From the NCBI GenBank assembly GCA_045112395.1, contig JBGUHW010000099.1, forward strand, positions 1-61,913: a DNA stretch of 61,913 nt. The letters run 5' to 3'. Both the position numbers and the translations under genes were made by a program. Positions 52,601 to 61,720 of the stretch are shown in pieces. Position 1 is the first letter of the stretch. Each line of letters opens with the position of its first letter. The notes under the pieces were generated by a model, which made no database searches, was not told the origin of the DNA, and saw only the letters and a program-made list of their open reading frames with translations. The stretch is from Bacteroidales bacterium. Its GTDB lineage: Bacteria; Bacteroidota; Bacteroidia; Bacteroidales; ML635J-15.

Positions 52601-55600
52601 AGCTAATCGGACTTACATTTGTAAGTTCCAATGTATGGGTATTCGAATTTCCTATTTCTACTCCATTGAGCCTCCATTGGTATGCTGGATTGCAAAGGAG
52701 ATCTTCGTCAACATCTATACTTAGAGTTACATTTTCTCCTTCACAAGCAACTACATCGTTAATACTAAACGTTTCTACTTCAGGTTTAACTGTTACCGTA
52801 TCAAGAAGCACCTTTATTATACCACAGCAAGATGTCGAAAGTTCTGCTCGAACGATTGCCTGCTGTATTTGACCTGTAGTGTTATTGAATGCAACATTAA
52901 CACATCGTCCTGTTGTTACACTAGTAATTTCTGCTACTGTAGATGTGATGTCCCAATTTATGACTATTGATGGATCGAGTGCCACATCTGTTATGCAATA
53001 TTCGTGAACACTTGCACAACAAACGACATCATCGCCTTCCATTGTGACCTGAGGAAGAGATGGTGCTGCCTGAATCATAGTAATGAAATTAGTATAGTTA
53101 CCAGAAGATCCTGCAGGAGTTTTTAATCCTGTTGTAGAGTACGAAACAACGGTTCCACTAGCACCGCTAGTTGGGGTTGCTCCTGCTCCGAATGATGTAT
53201 ACGAAATACCACTCATTGCTATTCCAATGCCAGTACAACTTGCGATTGGGTGCTCGTCAGAACCAGCAATAATTTCAGTTTGATTTTCAAGGTTAAAGTT
53301 GTAGCCTGTTGATACCGATGATTGCAATCCTGCGTTGGTAACATTAGCGATCTTGAAAGCTACACCAGTTGCACCTTGTCCACCTTGACCGCCACGACCG
53401 CCTGCGCCGCCGTTGCCGCCTCTACCTCCAGTGCCTCCATAGGCAGTACCGCCGCAAGTATAACTGCAGCGAGAACCACCGACTCCTGCTCCACCTTGAC
53501 CACCGGCACCGCCATTTCCACCGGAACCACCAGCACCGCCTTGACCTCCTGTTCCTGTAAATATGTTACAATCAATTATACCTTCTGTATTTAAAGGTGT
53601 ATTATATAGGTATAATCCGAATGTGGAGCCACCGCCATAACCGCCGTAGCCGCCGTAGCCGCCGCCACCGCCGCCGCCACCGGCACCGCCAGGACCACCA
53701 CTTGATGTGGTTTCACTAAATGAAAGGAATTGCGAACAAGCTGCAGTACCGCCAGTGCCACCAGCACCGCCACCGCCACCACCGTAGCCACTGCCTCCTT
53801 GTCCCGATATGTTCGGTTTAAAGTATTCGTCGTAGTCAGTATTAACGATTTGCCTTGTCGTACCAGTTGCGCCTGCTATACCAGCAGAACCAGCACTACC
53901 AACTCCGCCAGTTCCACCATCTTCACTTTCGCAGCTTCCTACGTCACTTGTGGTATAGTTGGTTCCCGTTGAACCTTTGCTGCCGCCCTTGCCATTAGTA
54001 CTATTGTAATTTGAAGCATTGCCACCTGTAGAGCCTCCAGCTTGTGCTCCACTACCACCTCGCTGATCTCCTGTACCGCCTGGAGTCATGCCGTTTCCAG
54101 CTGCCCCAGCCGCACCTTGAATTCCCTGCTTGCCTGTTCCACCTGTTCCTGGCTTCAACTGGCATCTTACAATTTCGTAGTCATTACAATTTTTCAAGTG
54201 TACCGCATAGTTCGATATTCCATAGTTGGTTGCGGTTACTACTTGTTCATCAGTTGGAACCAAGTCGGCAGGAGAAAACCTATACACAAGTCCATTTGCA
54301 GGCTTGCATGTCTCGTTGAATGTACAGCCTACTGCCGATGCCACCTGTGTTGGGTTTGACCAGTCAGATGAAACACTGATATATTTTGACGAACCGGTCT
54401 GCCCGTCGCGAACACCTACACGAGGCGTCAATGTGGTTTCGGTACACGGATTAATACTTCCGTAGCAAATTTCAATCACATTTGTGTTTTCGTAGAGTTT
54501 TATTTGGAAACTTTCCGAATATGTCGAAGTACGACAGCTTGTTGAATATGGTACTAAGTTGAACCATTCTATTGTAAGTACTCCACCACTGTAATTTGAA
54601 TATATATTTCCGCTATATGGTGGATAAAGGTCATGAAGCAATGCTAACACTGAACTTGTGCTAGGAGCAGAAAGCGTTCCCGAAGGTGCATCACCAAAGG
54701 TTATAAATCCATTGGAGCAAACATACAATGTCGAGCCACTGAAATAGGTTGTTCCGCACAAAGTGAAGTCGAAAGGAAGAGTTATTGGCAATGATGCATC
54801 GTCGCCAAACGAACCTATTACATTTGATGTGTTGTGTGGAATATTGGAATATGCCCTTGTGACCGTCTCGAAGTTCCATCCACTGCAACTGTAGAGATAC
54901 GAAACTTGACTACCGCCTGGCAAATCGTTTCGTGCATCTTGTGTTTCGATTGTCAAGTCCTGCAGACGGAATCCACTTACTGCATCACCCTTCACAGCAA
55001 CAACCGCAGGAGAATTGGCACTACCAAGCGCGTATGTATTTGTACGACGAATAGTCGTTGCTCCTGCCCTTGATGTCTTCTTGTTGAAGTTGTCGAAATA
55101 ACCACCTTCAATCGTCACATTACTTACAAGATCTAGCGGATAGTCGAGTTCGTATGTGCCTTCTGCCATTCTTATTATAGCACCTGAACATTCCGACATT
55201 CTAAGTGCAGAAATAATATTTGTAGGGTCGGAAGGCGTCATTCCACTGCCATCACCATTTACATCAACATACACAACATTGCACTCGTTCATCGAGTTTA
55301 CATCAATTACCTCCACTACAACATCCGTTTCGCCAGTACAACCCAGAGGAGTGCTAACTGTTACTTGGTATGTTGTTGTTGCAGACGGAGCCACACTTAT
55401 TTCAGGAGCATGTTCTCCACTTGACCATGAATAAGAACAGTTGTCACAATTTGAGACCACAGTTGACAGAGTAACATTGGTGCCACCGCAAAGCCTTACA
55501 TATCCGGGCTGAATTGCCACTGTTGGACTAGGATGAGCCGTAATGCTTGCGCTAGAAATATCAGAACAAGTGTTTGTTACAGAAGAATTTGTCTGTGGAT

Positions 55601-56819
55601 TATTTACTGTTGTCGTGTTCGATACCGTCACATAGTATCTTGTGGAAGATGTTGGATTGTCCGTTGCATTTTGAGTGTTCGCTCCAGTAGACCACGCATA
55701 AGCCGTTGCGTTAGTTGCAGATACAGAAAGTTGTATTTGATCGCCGGAACAAATTTCAGAAGGAGTTGCGCTTAGCGATGTAATGCTTGGCTTTGGCGTT
55801 ACAATCACGTATGTGTAAAACGAATTGGTTCTGCTTGCTGTCGAAATTTGCAGTTCGTACCAGCCCGTCATGGCAGTAGTTGCATTTGGCCGTGATACAG
55901 CAGTTCCTGTTCCGATTTGAGTTCCAGTAGCAGTTTGATTTGCACCGTTAAAGTACCATCTATAGGATGTTGCATTGTTTACATTCGAGCACGAAAGTGT
56001 TATAGTTGCACCTTCGCATACGGGAGAATTGGAAGTCACATTGGCTATAATATTGCAGTCGGTAGTTGCCTGACCATTTAGCCAGCTTTGGTGCTGCGAG
56101 TTAAAAAGAATTGTTCCAGCCTGCTTTGAATAGTTTGTAATCAGGAAGATGTACCATTGTCCAGCTTGAGCATTAGGTATGTAGCACCATTCTGTATCTT
56201 CTGTGGTATAACTACAGTCGATGATATTTCCATCAGGATAGCCACCCATGTCACCCGAGTGGTTTCCGTTGCTTGGACGGTGGCTTCCGTTGCTTGTGCT
56301 TGTATTAAGTCCACCTGTACATCTTGTCCTGACAAGTTCCTCGGCACTTGCGGCAGTGAAAGGCCCCCAGCAAACAAAATCTATGTCGTAGCCATTGCTA
56401 TGTTCCATGTATATAAGCAAGTCGCCGGGATTGTCGATTCGCATATAGAACCATGCTGGCGAAGGTGTTGTATAACAGCAGGCAATGTCTTCTCCTCCAC
56501 TACTGAAGTCGGTTGCCTGGGTACTACTTGTTCCGGCAGGGAACGAGTAAGAACCCTCGTCGGTACAGAATGCAAGTGCCTCGTTGCAGAAGTCAGCACT
56601 AACACCACCACTTCGCAGTTGCTTAAACTGATTTTCAGTATAAAACTGCACATCAACTCCAGAAGCTTTCAGAAATGCGTATTCTTCACGTTCATCTGCA
56701 GTCATTTCGTCAAGCGGTTTTGCCCTAAGCAATTCCAACCGCTGATAGTCTATTTTCGACTGAGAAAATAGCCATGGCGACAACAAAACGAGTGTCAAGC
56801 AGGTTATAACTTTTTCCAT
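49689..56819 (-). CDS. giant T9SS-secreted cell-surface protein (SprB-repeat/Ig-like adhesin with type-B C-terminal sorting domain)
   Basis: Signal peptide MEKVITCLTLVLLSPWLFSQ (ATG at 56819). Many Ig-like modules, a ~266-aa Gly-rich block, and about 8 SprB-type repeats (e.g. CYGFGNGIITTSVTGGSGSYSYVWSN...VTVTD..GCT). The C-terminus IPNVFTPNEDGVNDTWVI...YNRWGQLLYE...WDG...PSGVYLYIV is the gliding-motility/T9SS type-B CTD. Confidence 0.9.
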   Translation of the reverse strand: MEKVITCLTLVLLSPWLFSQSKIDYQRLELLRAKPLDEMTADEREEYAFLKASGVDVQFYTENQFKQLRSGGVSADFCNEALAFCTDEGSYSFPAGTSSTQATDFSSGGEDIACCYTTPSPAWFYMRIDNPGDLLIYMEHSNGYDIDFVCWGPFTAASAEELVRTRCTGGLNTSTSNGSHRPSNGNHSGDMGGYPDGNIIDCSYTTEDTEWCYIPNAQAGQWYIFLITNYSKQAGTILFNSQHQSWLNGQATTDCNIIANVTSNSPVCEGATITLSCSNVNNATSYRWYFNGANQTATGTQIGTGTAVSRPNATTAMTGWYELQISTASRTNSFYTYVIVTPKPSITSLSATPSEICSGDQIQLSVSATNATAYAWSTGANTQNATDNPTSSTRYYVTVSNTTTVNNPQTNSSVTNTCSDISSASITAHPSPTVAIQPGYVRLCGGTNVTLSTVVSNCDNCSYSWSSGEHAPEISVAPSATTTYQVTVSTPLGCTGETDVVVEVIDVNSMNECNVVYVDVNGDGSGMTPSDPTNIISALRMSECSGAIIRMAEGTYELDYPLDLVSNVTIEGGYFDNFNKKTSRAGATTIRRTNTYALGSANSPAVVAVKGDAVSGFRLQDLTIETQDARNDLPGGSQVSYLYSCSGWNFETVTRAYSNIPHNTSNVIGSFGDDASLPITLPFDFTLCGTTYFSGSTLYVCSNGFITFGDAPSGTLSAPSTSSVLALLHDLYPPYSGNIYSNYSGGVLTIEWFNLVPYSTSCRTSTYSESFQIKLYENTNVIEICYGSINPCTETTLTPRVGVRDGQTGSSKYISVSSDWSNPTQVASAVGCTFNETCKPANGLVYRFSPADLVPTDEQVVTATNYGISNYAVHLKNCNDYEIVRCQLKPGTGGTGKQGIQGAAGAAGNGMTPGGTGDQRGGSGAQAGGSTGGNASNYNSTNGKGGSKGSTGTNYTTSDVGSCESEDGGTGGVGSAGSAGIAGATGTTRQIVNTDYDEYFKPNISGQGGSGYGGGGGGAGGTGGTAACSQFLSFSETTSSGGPGGAGGGGGGGGYGGYGGYGGGSTFGLYLYNTPLNTEGIIDCNIFTGTGGQGGAGGSGGNGGAGGQGGAGVGGSRCSYTCGGTAYGGTGGRGGNGGAGGRGGQGGQGATGVAFKIANVTNAGLQSSVSTGYNFNLENQTEIIAGSDEHPIASCTGIGIAMSGISYTSFGAGATPTSGASGTVVSYSTTGLKTPAGSSGNYTNFITMIQAAPSLPQVTMEGDDVVCCASVHEYCITDVALDPSIVINWDITSTVAEITSVTTGRCVNVAFNNTTGQIQQAIVRAELSTSCCGIIKVLLDTVTVKPEVETFSINDVVACEGENVTLSIDVDEDLLCNPAYQWRLNGVEIGNSNTHTLELTNVSPISSGIYTAYVVNDCGIESAEANVTINPSPTVEVTGITPVCSGSSSNFMINSYPSGATVTYTISAGENSENYTVTTPYQASHTITETMLLTITSISVPNGCSAQLNQMYNLELYNDITEILAGDDDNVCANEYTLDASWPSSDWIGGWTNLPANVSISDASSPIATITYNGTTYPYDATMTWRFENVHCPSTVVSDDVTITFATPPTITPSSVNPLDACFLYDITELTFEYGGGATGVSVTGFPAYGIDYSEEGNQITISGNASGVGRIDYTITTTGQNVACNETSVSGTINIDYCDIPIDGPSPVCQGDIVTYSTVVPGSYYNWTVQGGNIISGQGTETIEVEWTTPGENIIRIALTGTNAQPTTRVITVNPTYHPVINASICEGETYTENGFNESVRGTYVQDLLTVNGCDSVVTLNLTVNPNPTITITPADVTCYGFGNGIITTSVTGGSGSYSYVWSNNQTSANITSLEPNTYNVTVTDNSTGCTSTASTTISQPDAMRINMTHADVQCGISLGNVSVSVDGGQTPYQYRWTNGSDADAISNLTSGDYSVTVTDGNNCTLAQNATIRNIGIIPAVIEEQNPISCNGNNTGVLVVTSESAAMPFQSCIWSNGATYQTNFNVGAGTYSVTITDAWGCEGTATYDVTEPRPLTINSTSGNPKCFGERAGTVAVSVSGGTEPYSYSWSNGTHNSSINELGAGSYSLTISDGNGCTNVSTYTITWPERLLVSAETTDIQCYGGRGGKISATASGGTSPIEYSMHYGNLTMTGGPIFDGLSAGIYSVVVTDVYGCTVSVTTSIAEPEQIKVTPLIIPPSCTGGRDGSIELEVTGGEAPYTYSWANSANETNMMTDLVQGTYSITITDANDCRITMNALSMYDHVGECIKIPNVFTPNEDGVNDTWVIENIGMFPEAYIYVYNRWGQLLYEGRGTDEPWDGRYRGHYVPSGVYLYIVNLENLEKDRAYTGTVSILY

Positions 56820-57165
56820 TGTGCGTATTTCTTTATAAAAAATCTTCATAATCTTCATAATTATTACATAAAAGCAACTGCATAAATAGCTGGTTTTCCT
56901 TATGTTACAAACGCAACATCCGAAAAATGTCACTACATATAACGACCGCAATTTAAAACTTTTTTAAGAAATAGGCAAGTTTTTTTGCTTATTTTCTAAT
57001 AGTCATAACGATTAACTGAAAAATAGGTTGCCTGATCGCTTTAGATTTTCATTTTCTAAAAGCAAATCCAGTTTTAGTTTTGATTAGTTTTTTATGATTG
57101 CATGCCGCATATTTTGCATTATTGCATAACAATTATTGGATGGCGAATGACAAGTCCACGCAAAT

Positions 57166-57181
57166 GCGTTTTGCAAAACGC
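57166..57181. repeat. perfect 16-nt palindrome GCGTTTTGCAAAACGC
   Basis: It lies in the divergent intergenic region between the giant adhesin gene and rpsT. Confidence 0.7.
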
Positions 57182-57260
57182 TATAATTCAGCATTTTGTG
57201 TCAGAACATAAAAAATGGAAAAAATATTGTTTTAAAAAATTGCATTGACAAAAAAAGTAG

Positions 57261-57268
57261 TATCTTTG
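57261..57268 (+). promoter_or_regulatory. -7 box TATCTTTG upstream of rpsT
   Basis: Matches TAnnTTTG, 53 nt upstream of the ATG at 57322. Confidence 0.45.
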
Positions 57269-57321
57269 CAGTCCAAAATTTTTGGAAGATTTAAAGTAAA
57301 AATAAATTAAAAAAGTAAGAT

Positions 57322-57576
57322 ATGGCACATCATCAGTCAGCTAAAAAGAAGATTAGACAGATTGAAGCAAGAAGATTACACAACAAGTTTTATGCTCGTA
57401 CTACCCGTAATGCAGTTCGCGCATTGAGAGCTATGTCGGTTAAGTCCGAAGCAGAAACAATGTTACCAAAGGTTGCAAAAATGTTGGACAAGTTGGCAAA
57501 GACCAATGTCATCCACGCTAACAAGGCTGCAAACCTTAAGTCTTCTTTGGCAAAGCACGTTAATCAGTTATCATAA
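57322..57576 (+). CDS. rpsT: 30S ribosomal protein S20
   Basis: [33 protein letters not shown]; 84 aa. Confidence 0.95.
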   Translation: MAHHQSAKKKIRQIEARRLHNKFYARTTRNAVRALRAMSVKSEAETMLPKVAKMLDKLAKTNVIHANKAANLKSSLAKHVNQLS

Positions 57577-57644
57577 TTGATTAGACGGATTTTTAAAATT
57601 GCTGTTTCGCTTTTGGGTGGAGCAGTTTTTTTGTTTGTACTAGC

Positions 57645-58331
57645 ATGAACAATCGAAAGAGTATAAAGAACTGGGCTGAAGATGAGCGTCCGCGAGAAAA
57701 ACTGATCAACCTTGGACCGAAGTCGCTGACGCAGGCTGAATTATTGGCCATCCTCATAAGTTCGGGCAACAAGCGGAAAAGTGCGCTCGACATAGCTCGC
57801 GAAATTCTTGCCGACTGCGACAACAAGATTGATAACCTTTGCAAACTGTCATACAGCGACCTGCTGAAATACGAGGCTATAGGTGAAGCAAAAGCGGTAA
57901 CTATCGCAGCAGCAGTTGAACTTGGTCGCCGTCGCGAGAATATTGTATCAGAGCAAATTCAAAACAGCCAAGACATCTTCACGACCATTGCACCGAAAGT
58001 GATTGACGAAAGTCGTGAACTGGCATACGCCATATATCTTAACAACTCGAATAGGATTATAAAAATAGCAAATGTCGGGGTTGGTGGAATCGACAAAACT
58101 TTGGTCGACGTTAGGATTGTAATCGGTGAAGCCTTGCGCTTGAATGCGGTCGCATTGGCTCTTGTCCACAATCATCCATCGGGAAATATGTCGCCAAGCA
58201 AGGAGGACGATTTTCTGACGCGCACAATGTCCGATGCATGTTCGCTAATGAACATAAGGTTTGTCGACCATGTGATAATCAGTAGCAACGGCAAGGATTA
58301 CTATAGTTATCACGATAAAGGAAGAATCTAA
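57645..58331 (+). CDS. radC: RadC-family JAB/MPN domain protein
   Basis: ERPREKL, LTQAELLAILISSG and the JAMM motif HNHPSGNMSPSKED. Confidence 0.9.
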   Translation: MNNRKSIKNWAEDERPREKLINLGPKSLTQAELLAILISSGNKRKSALDIAREILADCDNKIDNLCKLSYSDLLKYEAIGEAKAVTIAAAVELGRRRENIVSEQIQNSQDIFTTIAPKVIDESRELAYAIYLNNSNRIIKIANVGVGGIDKTLVDVRIVIGEALRLNAVALALVHNHPSGNMSPSKEDDFLTRTMSDACSLMNIRFVDHVIISSNGKDYYSYHDKGRI

Positions 58332-58366
58332 GGGATTTACGATTTTCGAATTACGATTTACGATTG
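58332..58366. repeat. CGTAAAT-word repeat (inverted orientation)
   Basis: gggatttacgattttcgaattacgatttacgattg. Its reverse complement shares aatcgtaaatcgt with 7499-7511. Confidence 0.55.
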
Positions 58367-58394
58367 TTGCTGACAAAATGCAAAAATAGTTAAT

Positions 58395-58496
58395 AGCTAA
58401 AAGTTAAGGGTTAAAAGTTGTTGACGTTGAACATTGAACGTTAAACGTTGAACCAGAACCGCGAAGCCCTCAACGAAGTTAAACGGACGTCAGCCC
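58395..58496 (-). repeat. GGCTGACG.CCGTTTAA / GTTCAATGTTCAA-word repeat, inverted copy of the 24819-25013 family
   Basis: The reverse complement reads ggggctgacgtccgtttaacttcgttgagggcttcgcggttctggttcaacgtttaacgttcaatgttcaacg..., which parallels ggctgacgccgtttaa...gggcttcgccgtttc...gttcaatgttcaa. Confidence 0.6.
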
Positions 58497-59375
58497 CTAC
58501 ACGTTGTATCCAAAATTACTTAGGTTCCTGTCGTTGTTGCGCCAATCCTTTTCGACCTTGACGAATGTTTCGAGGAAAACCTTCTTGCCGAAGAATTTTT
58601 CGATGTCGAGACGAGCCTGCGTGCCAACCTTCTTTATTGCAGCACCCTTGTTGCCAATGATAATGCCCTTTTGCGACTGACGTTCAACGATTATCACAGA
58701 TTTTATACGTATTAGGTCGGGACTTTCCTTGAATTCCTCGATGGCAACTTCGCACGAATATGGTATCTCCTTCTGGTAGTTGAGCAGGATTTTTTCGCGG
58801 ATGATTTCCGAGACAATAAAGCGTTCGGTCTTGTCGGTAAGCTGATCCTTTGGAAACCAAGCAGGACCTTCGGGCAGAAGCGATACAATTTCATTGAATA
58901 CCGTGTCGAGGTTGGTGCCGTTGAGTGCCGAAATTTCAAAAATCTTGGCGTTTGGCAGGCGACTTTCCCAGAAAAGACGCAGGTTTTCAATCTCCTCGGT
59001 GCTCGCTATGTCAATCTTGTTTATTAGACAAAGCACCGGAATTTTCACTTTGCTAAGACGCTCAATGTATTCGGCGTTCTTTTCGGCCGATTCAACCACA
59101 TCGGTAACATATAGAAAAACATCGGCATCATCGAACGAAAGCGATACAAAGTCCATCATCTTTTCCTGCAACTTGTAGTTGGGCTTTATGATTCCGGGCG
59201 TGTCGCTGTAAACAATCTGGAAATCTTCTCCATTGACTATGCCAAGAATGCGGTGGCGCGTAGTCTGCGACTTCGATGTGATGATTGATATTCTTTCGCC
59301 TACCAGGGCGTTCATGAGCGTTGACTTTCCGACATTCGGGTTGCCAATAATGTTTACAAATCCTGACCTATGCAT
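58497..59375 (-). CDS. era: GTPase Era
   Basis: G1 GNPNVGKST, G3 DTPG, NKID and a C-terminal KH domain. Confidence 0.95.
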   Translation of the reverse strand: MHRSGFVNIIGNPNVGKSTLMNALVGERISIITSKSQTTRHRILGIVNGEDFQIVYSDTPGIIKPNYKLQEKMMDFVSLSFDDADVFLYVTDVVESAEKNAEYIERLSKVKIPVLCLINKIDIASTEEIENLRLFWESRLPNAKIFEISALNGTNLDTVFNEIVSLLPEGPAWFPKDQLTDKTERFIVSEIIREKILLNYQKEIPYSCEVAIEEFKESPDLIRIKSVIIVERQSQKGIIIGNKGAAIKKVGTQARLDIEKFFGKKVFLETFVKVEKDWRNNDRNLSNFGYNV

Positions 59376-59394
59376 TGCTGTAATTTTGGAACAA

Positions 59395-59485
59395 AGGTAA
59401 GAAATTCAAAGATTTGATGATTCAAAAATTTGAAAAATTGAAAATTTAGCTGCGCAAAGCTAAAGGTTGAAAAATTGATAATTAT
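59395..59485. repeat. TTCAAAGATTTGA / TTGAAAAATTGA-word repeat
   Basis: aattcaaagatttgatgattcaaaaatttgaaaaattgaaaatttagctgcgcaaagctaaaggttgaaaaattgataatt. It shares attcaaagatttga with 1551-1615. Confidence 0.5.
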
Positions 59486-59528
59486 ACATTGTTAAATCTC
59501 TGGTGAAAACTACCGATTATTTTGCTTT

Positions 59529-59882
59529 TTAGCGAGCAAACTTTTCCACAATTTCAAGAAGCTGACTCCTATTTATAGGCTTTGAAATAAAGTCGTTGAA
59601 AAGCAAATATTCGTTTCGTTCCATATTGTTTATGGCCGAAGATGCGACAATATTGGTATCTGGTTTTATCTTTTTTATTTGCCTTGAAGTTTCAACACCA
59701 TTTATTTCCGGCATCTTCAAGTCCATGATTATCAAATTGTAATTATTTATAGTGGCCATTTCTATTGCATTATGTCCATTTGATGCATAATCGACAAAAT
59801 ATCCTTCGCGTTCCAATATTGCATTGAGCAACTTGAAATTAATGGGTTCGTCATCGACCACTAAAATCGTGCCTTTTTTCAT
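59529..59882 (-). CDS. stand-alone response-regulator receiver domain protein
   Basis: MKKGTILVVDDEP and the phospho-acceptor context LIIMDLKMP. There is no output domain. The track start at 59963 adds an unlikely extension. Confidence 0.8.
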   Translation of the reverse strand: MKKGTILVVDDEPINFKLLNAILEREGYFVDYASNGHNAIEMATINNYNLIIMDLKMPEINGVETSRQIKKIKPDTNIVASSAINNMERNEYLLFNDFISKPINRSQLLEIVEKFAR

Positions 59883-59977
59883 TAGGTCAGTGTTTGTACA
59901 CCGCAAAATTATAGTTTTTTCAGCATTGCGAAAAATAAAAGTTGATTTTTGTAGCATGTGCATTGTCGGAAAAGTTG

Positions 59978-59985
59978 TATTTTTG
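59978..59985 (+). promoter_or_regulatory. -7 box TATTTTTG
   Basis: Matches TAnnTTTG, 21 nt upstream of the ATG at 60007. Confidence 0.45.
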
Positions 59986-60006
59986 TTAGTCCGTTATTGC
60001 ACGGTT

Positions 60007-60453
60007 ATGAATGAACTTTCGCATAAGATAATCTCGAAACTGCCCTACGGAGATGATTTTCGGTTCGTTGACGAAATTACTTTTGTCAATGATTATCGGA
60101 TTGTCGGGAACTATACATTTAGGGCGGATGCACCATATTATGCTTCTCATTATCCGCATTATGCAGTCACTCCGGGAGTGTTGCTTCTGGAATGCATGGG
60201 ACAAATCGGACTTGTTGCGCATCTTGTATACCTTGAAAAAATATACGAGCGCGAGAATGTCGCGTTGACTCCCTCGTTGTCGAATGTGCATGCATCGTTT
60301 TACTTGCCTGTCGGACAAGGCGAAAAGGTTACTGTTGATGCAACTAAGGTATATTACCGAGCAGGAGTATTGAAGTCGGATATTTTGTTGCAAAATGCAA
60401 AAGGCGAAGAGTGCGCTCGTGCTATTGCCCACCTAAAATTTGTTGAAAAATGA
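60007..60453 (+). CDS. FabZ/FabA-like hotdog-fold 3-hydroxyacyl-ACP dehydratase
   Basis: LPYGDDFRFVDEI, HYPHYAVTPGVLLLECMGQ is a FabZ-type His/Glu active-site context. There is an ATGA overlap with the next gene. Confidence 0.8.
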   Translation: MNELSHKIISKLPYGDDFRFVDEITFVNDYRIVGNYTFRADAPYYASHYPHYAVTPGVLLLECMGQIGLVAHLVYLEKIYERENVALTPSLSNVHASFYLPVGQGEKVTVDATKVYYRAGVLKSDILLQNAKGEECARAIAHLKFVEK

Positions 60454-61718
60454 AAAATCGGGTGGCAATTACTGGCATGGGCGTGGTAAGCCCAATCGGG
60501 TCAAGCATTGCTGATTTCGCAAAATCATTGCGCAATGGAGATTCAGGAGTTTCGTACTCGCAAGAACTGGAGGAGAAAAATTTTGTATGTAGAGTTGCTG
60601 GTATTCCACAAGCAATTCGGCATAATGATTTTACAGATAAATTTTTACCAGAATATAGCGACAAGTCTATAAGGTATGCACTCTCGGCTGCCATTGATGC
60701 TTGGCAGGATGCAGGATTTGTGATTCACGACTTGCTGTCAAATGCTACCGATGACAGGTTGGCTGTGGTTGTTGGAAGCACCTGCGCTGGTTATGATTAT
60801 TTTGCACGGATGAAGTCGCTGATTGATGAAGGGCGTACCAAAAAGTTGGGCAGTTGGTTTGTTGTAAATACTATGCACAGCGGACCGGCAGCGTTTCTTT
60901 CTAGTCTTCTTTCGGCATCGTGCAGAACAGAAAGTGTGTCATCGGCATGTGCATCTGGCACCGAAGCCATCGCAAGGGCTTACGACTTGGTTTCCACTGG
61001 TATTGCTGATGTTGTTGTGACTGGCGGTTGTGACCCAGATTCGCCGTATGTGTGGGCAGGCTTCGATGCAATGCGCCTACTTTGTCGTAATGGAAACGAA
61101 AATCCGCAGTCGGCTAGCCGTCCGCTGAGCGAAAATGCAAGCGGTTTTGTGCCATCTGCAGGTGCGGGAATCCTAGTCGTTGAAAATATGGAGCATGCGC
61201 AATCGCGCGGAGCAAAGATTTATGCCGAGATTGTTGGTGCTTGCGTGAATTCAGGCGGACAACGCAATGGCGGCAGCATGACATCGCCAAACTCGCAAAA
61301 AGCGGTCGAATGCATCCAGAATGCCGTAAAAATGGCAGGAATAAGCCCAACAGAAATTTCGTATATAAACGGACATCTTACTGGTACGATGGCCGATCCA
61401 TTGGAAGTGGCGAACTGGTGTCGTGCTCTTAACCTGAAAAAGGATTTCCCATACATAAATTCCACTAAATCGCTTATCGGTCATGCTCTTGGAGCAGCAG
61501 GAGCAATAGAAACTATTGCTACGGTATTGCAAATGCATCAAGAATTTGTGCATGTTTCCAAAAATTGTATGCCACTTCATGCCGAAATAGCAAAGATTTA
61601 CGATTCTGCAAAAATTCCGCAAAAAACTATTGAAAATCTCAGAATTGAATATGCAGCAAAGGCAAGTTTCGGTTTCGGTGATGTAAATGCTTGTTTGGTT
61701 TTGAAAAAATATAGATAG
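60450..61718 (+). CDS. beta-ketoacyl-ACP synthase (KAS I/II type)
   Basis: RVAITGMGVVSPIG, active-site Cys (SSACASG) and His motifs (NGHLTGT, GHALGAAG). Confidence 0.88.
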   Translation: MKNRVAITGMGVVSPIGSSIADFAKSLRNGDSGVSYSQELEEKNFVCRVAGIPQAIRHNDFTDKFLPEYSDKSIRYALSAAIDAWQDAGFVIHDLLSNATDDRLAVVVGSTCAGYDYFARMKSLIDEGRTKKLGSWFVVNTMHSGPAAFLSSLLSASCRTESVSSACASGTEAIARAYDLVSTGIADVVVTGGCDPDSPYVWAGFDAMRLLCRNGNENPQSASRPLSENASGFVPSAGAGILVVENMEHAQSRGAKIYAEIVGACVNSGGQRNGGSMTSPNSQKAVECIQNAVKMAGISPTEISYINGHLTGTMADPLEVANWCRALNLKKDFPYINSTKSLIGHALGAAGAIETIATVLQMHQEFVHVSKNCMPLHAEIAKIYDSAKIPQKTIENLRIEYAAKASFGFGDVNACLVLKKYR

Positions 61719-61720
61719 AG

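Noticed and set aside
49782-56771. Dozens of 60-236-aa track ORFs on both strands inside 49689-56819, for example 53322-53594, 53591-53791, 54042-54359 and 56157-56771.
   Set aside because: They all lie within or antisense to one uninterrupted 2376-codon frame with clear adhesin and T9SS domains. Their translations are low-complexity mirrors of the Gly/Thr/Ser-rich coding strand.
44618-56819. Diversity-generating retroelement hypothesis (an Avd-like four-helix-bundle gene not far from a giant surface protein).
   Set aside because: No reverse transcriptase ORF is present, I could not see any template/variable repeat pair, and mutAB separates the two genes.
57645-58331. RadC as a marker of a mobile element or prophage.
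   Set aside because: It sits next to rpsT and era with no integrase, transposase or phage genes, which is consistent with the chromosomal radC copy.
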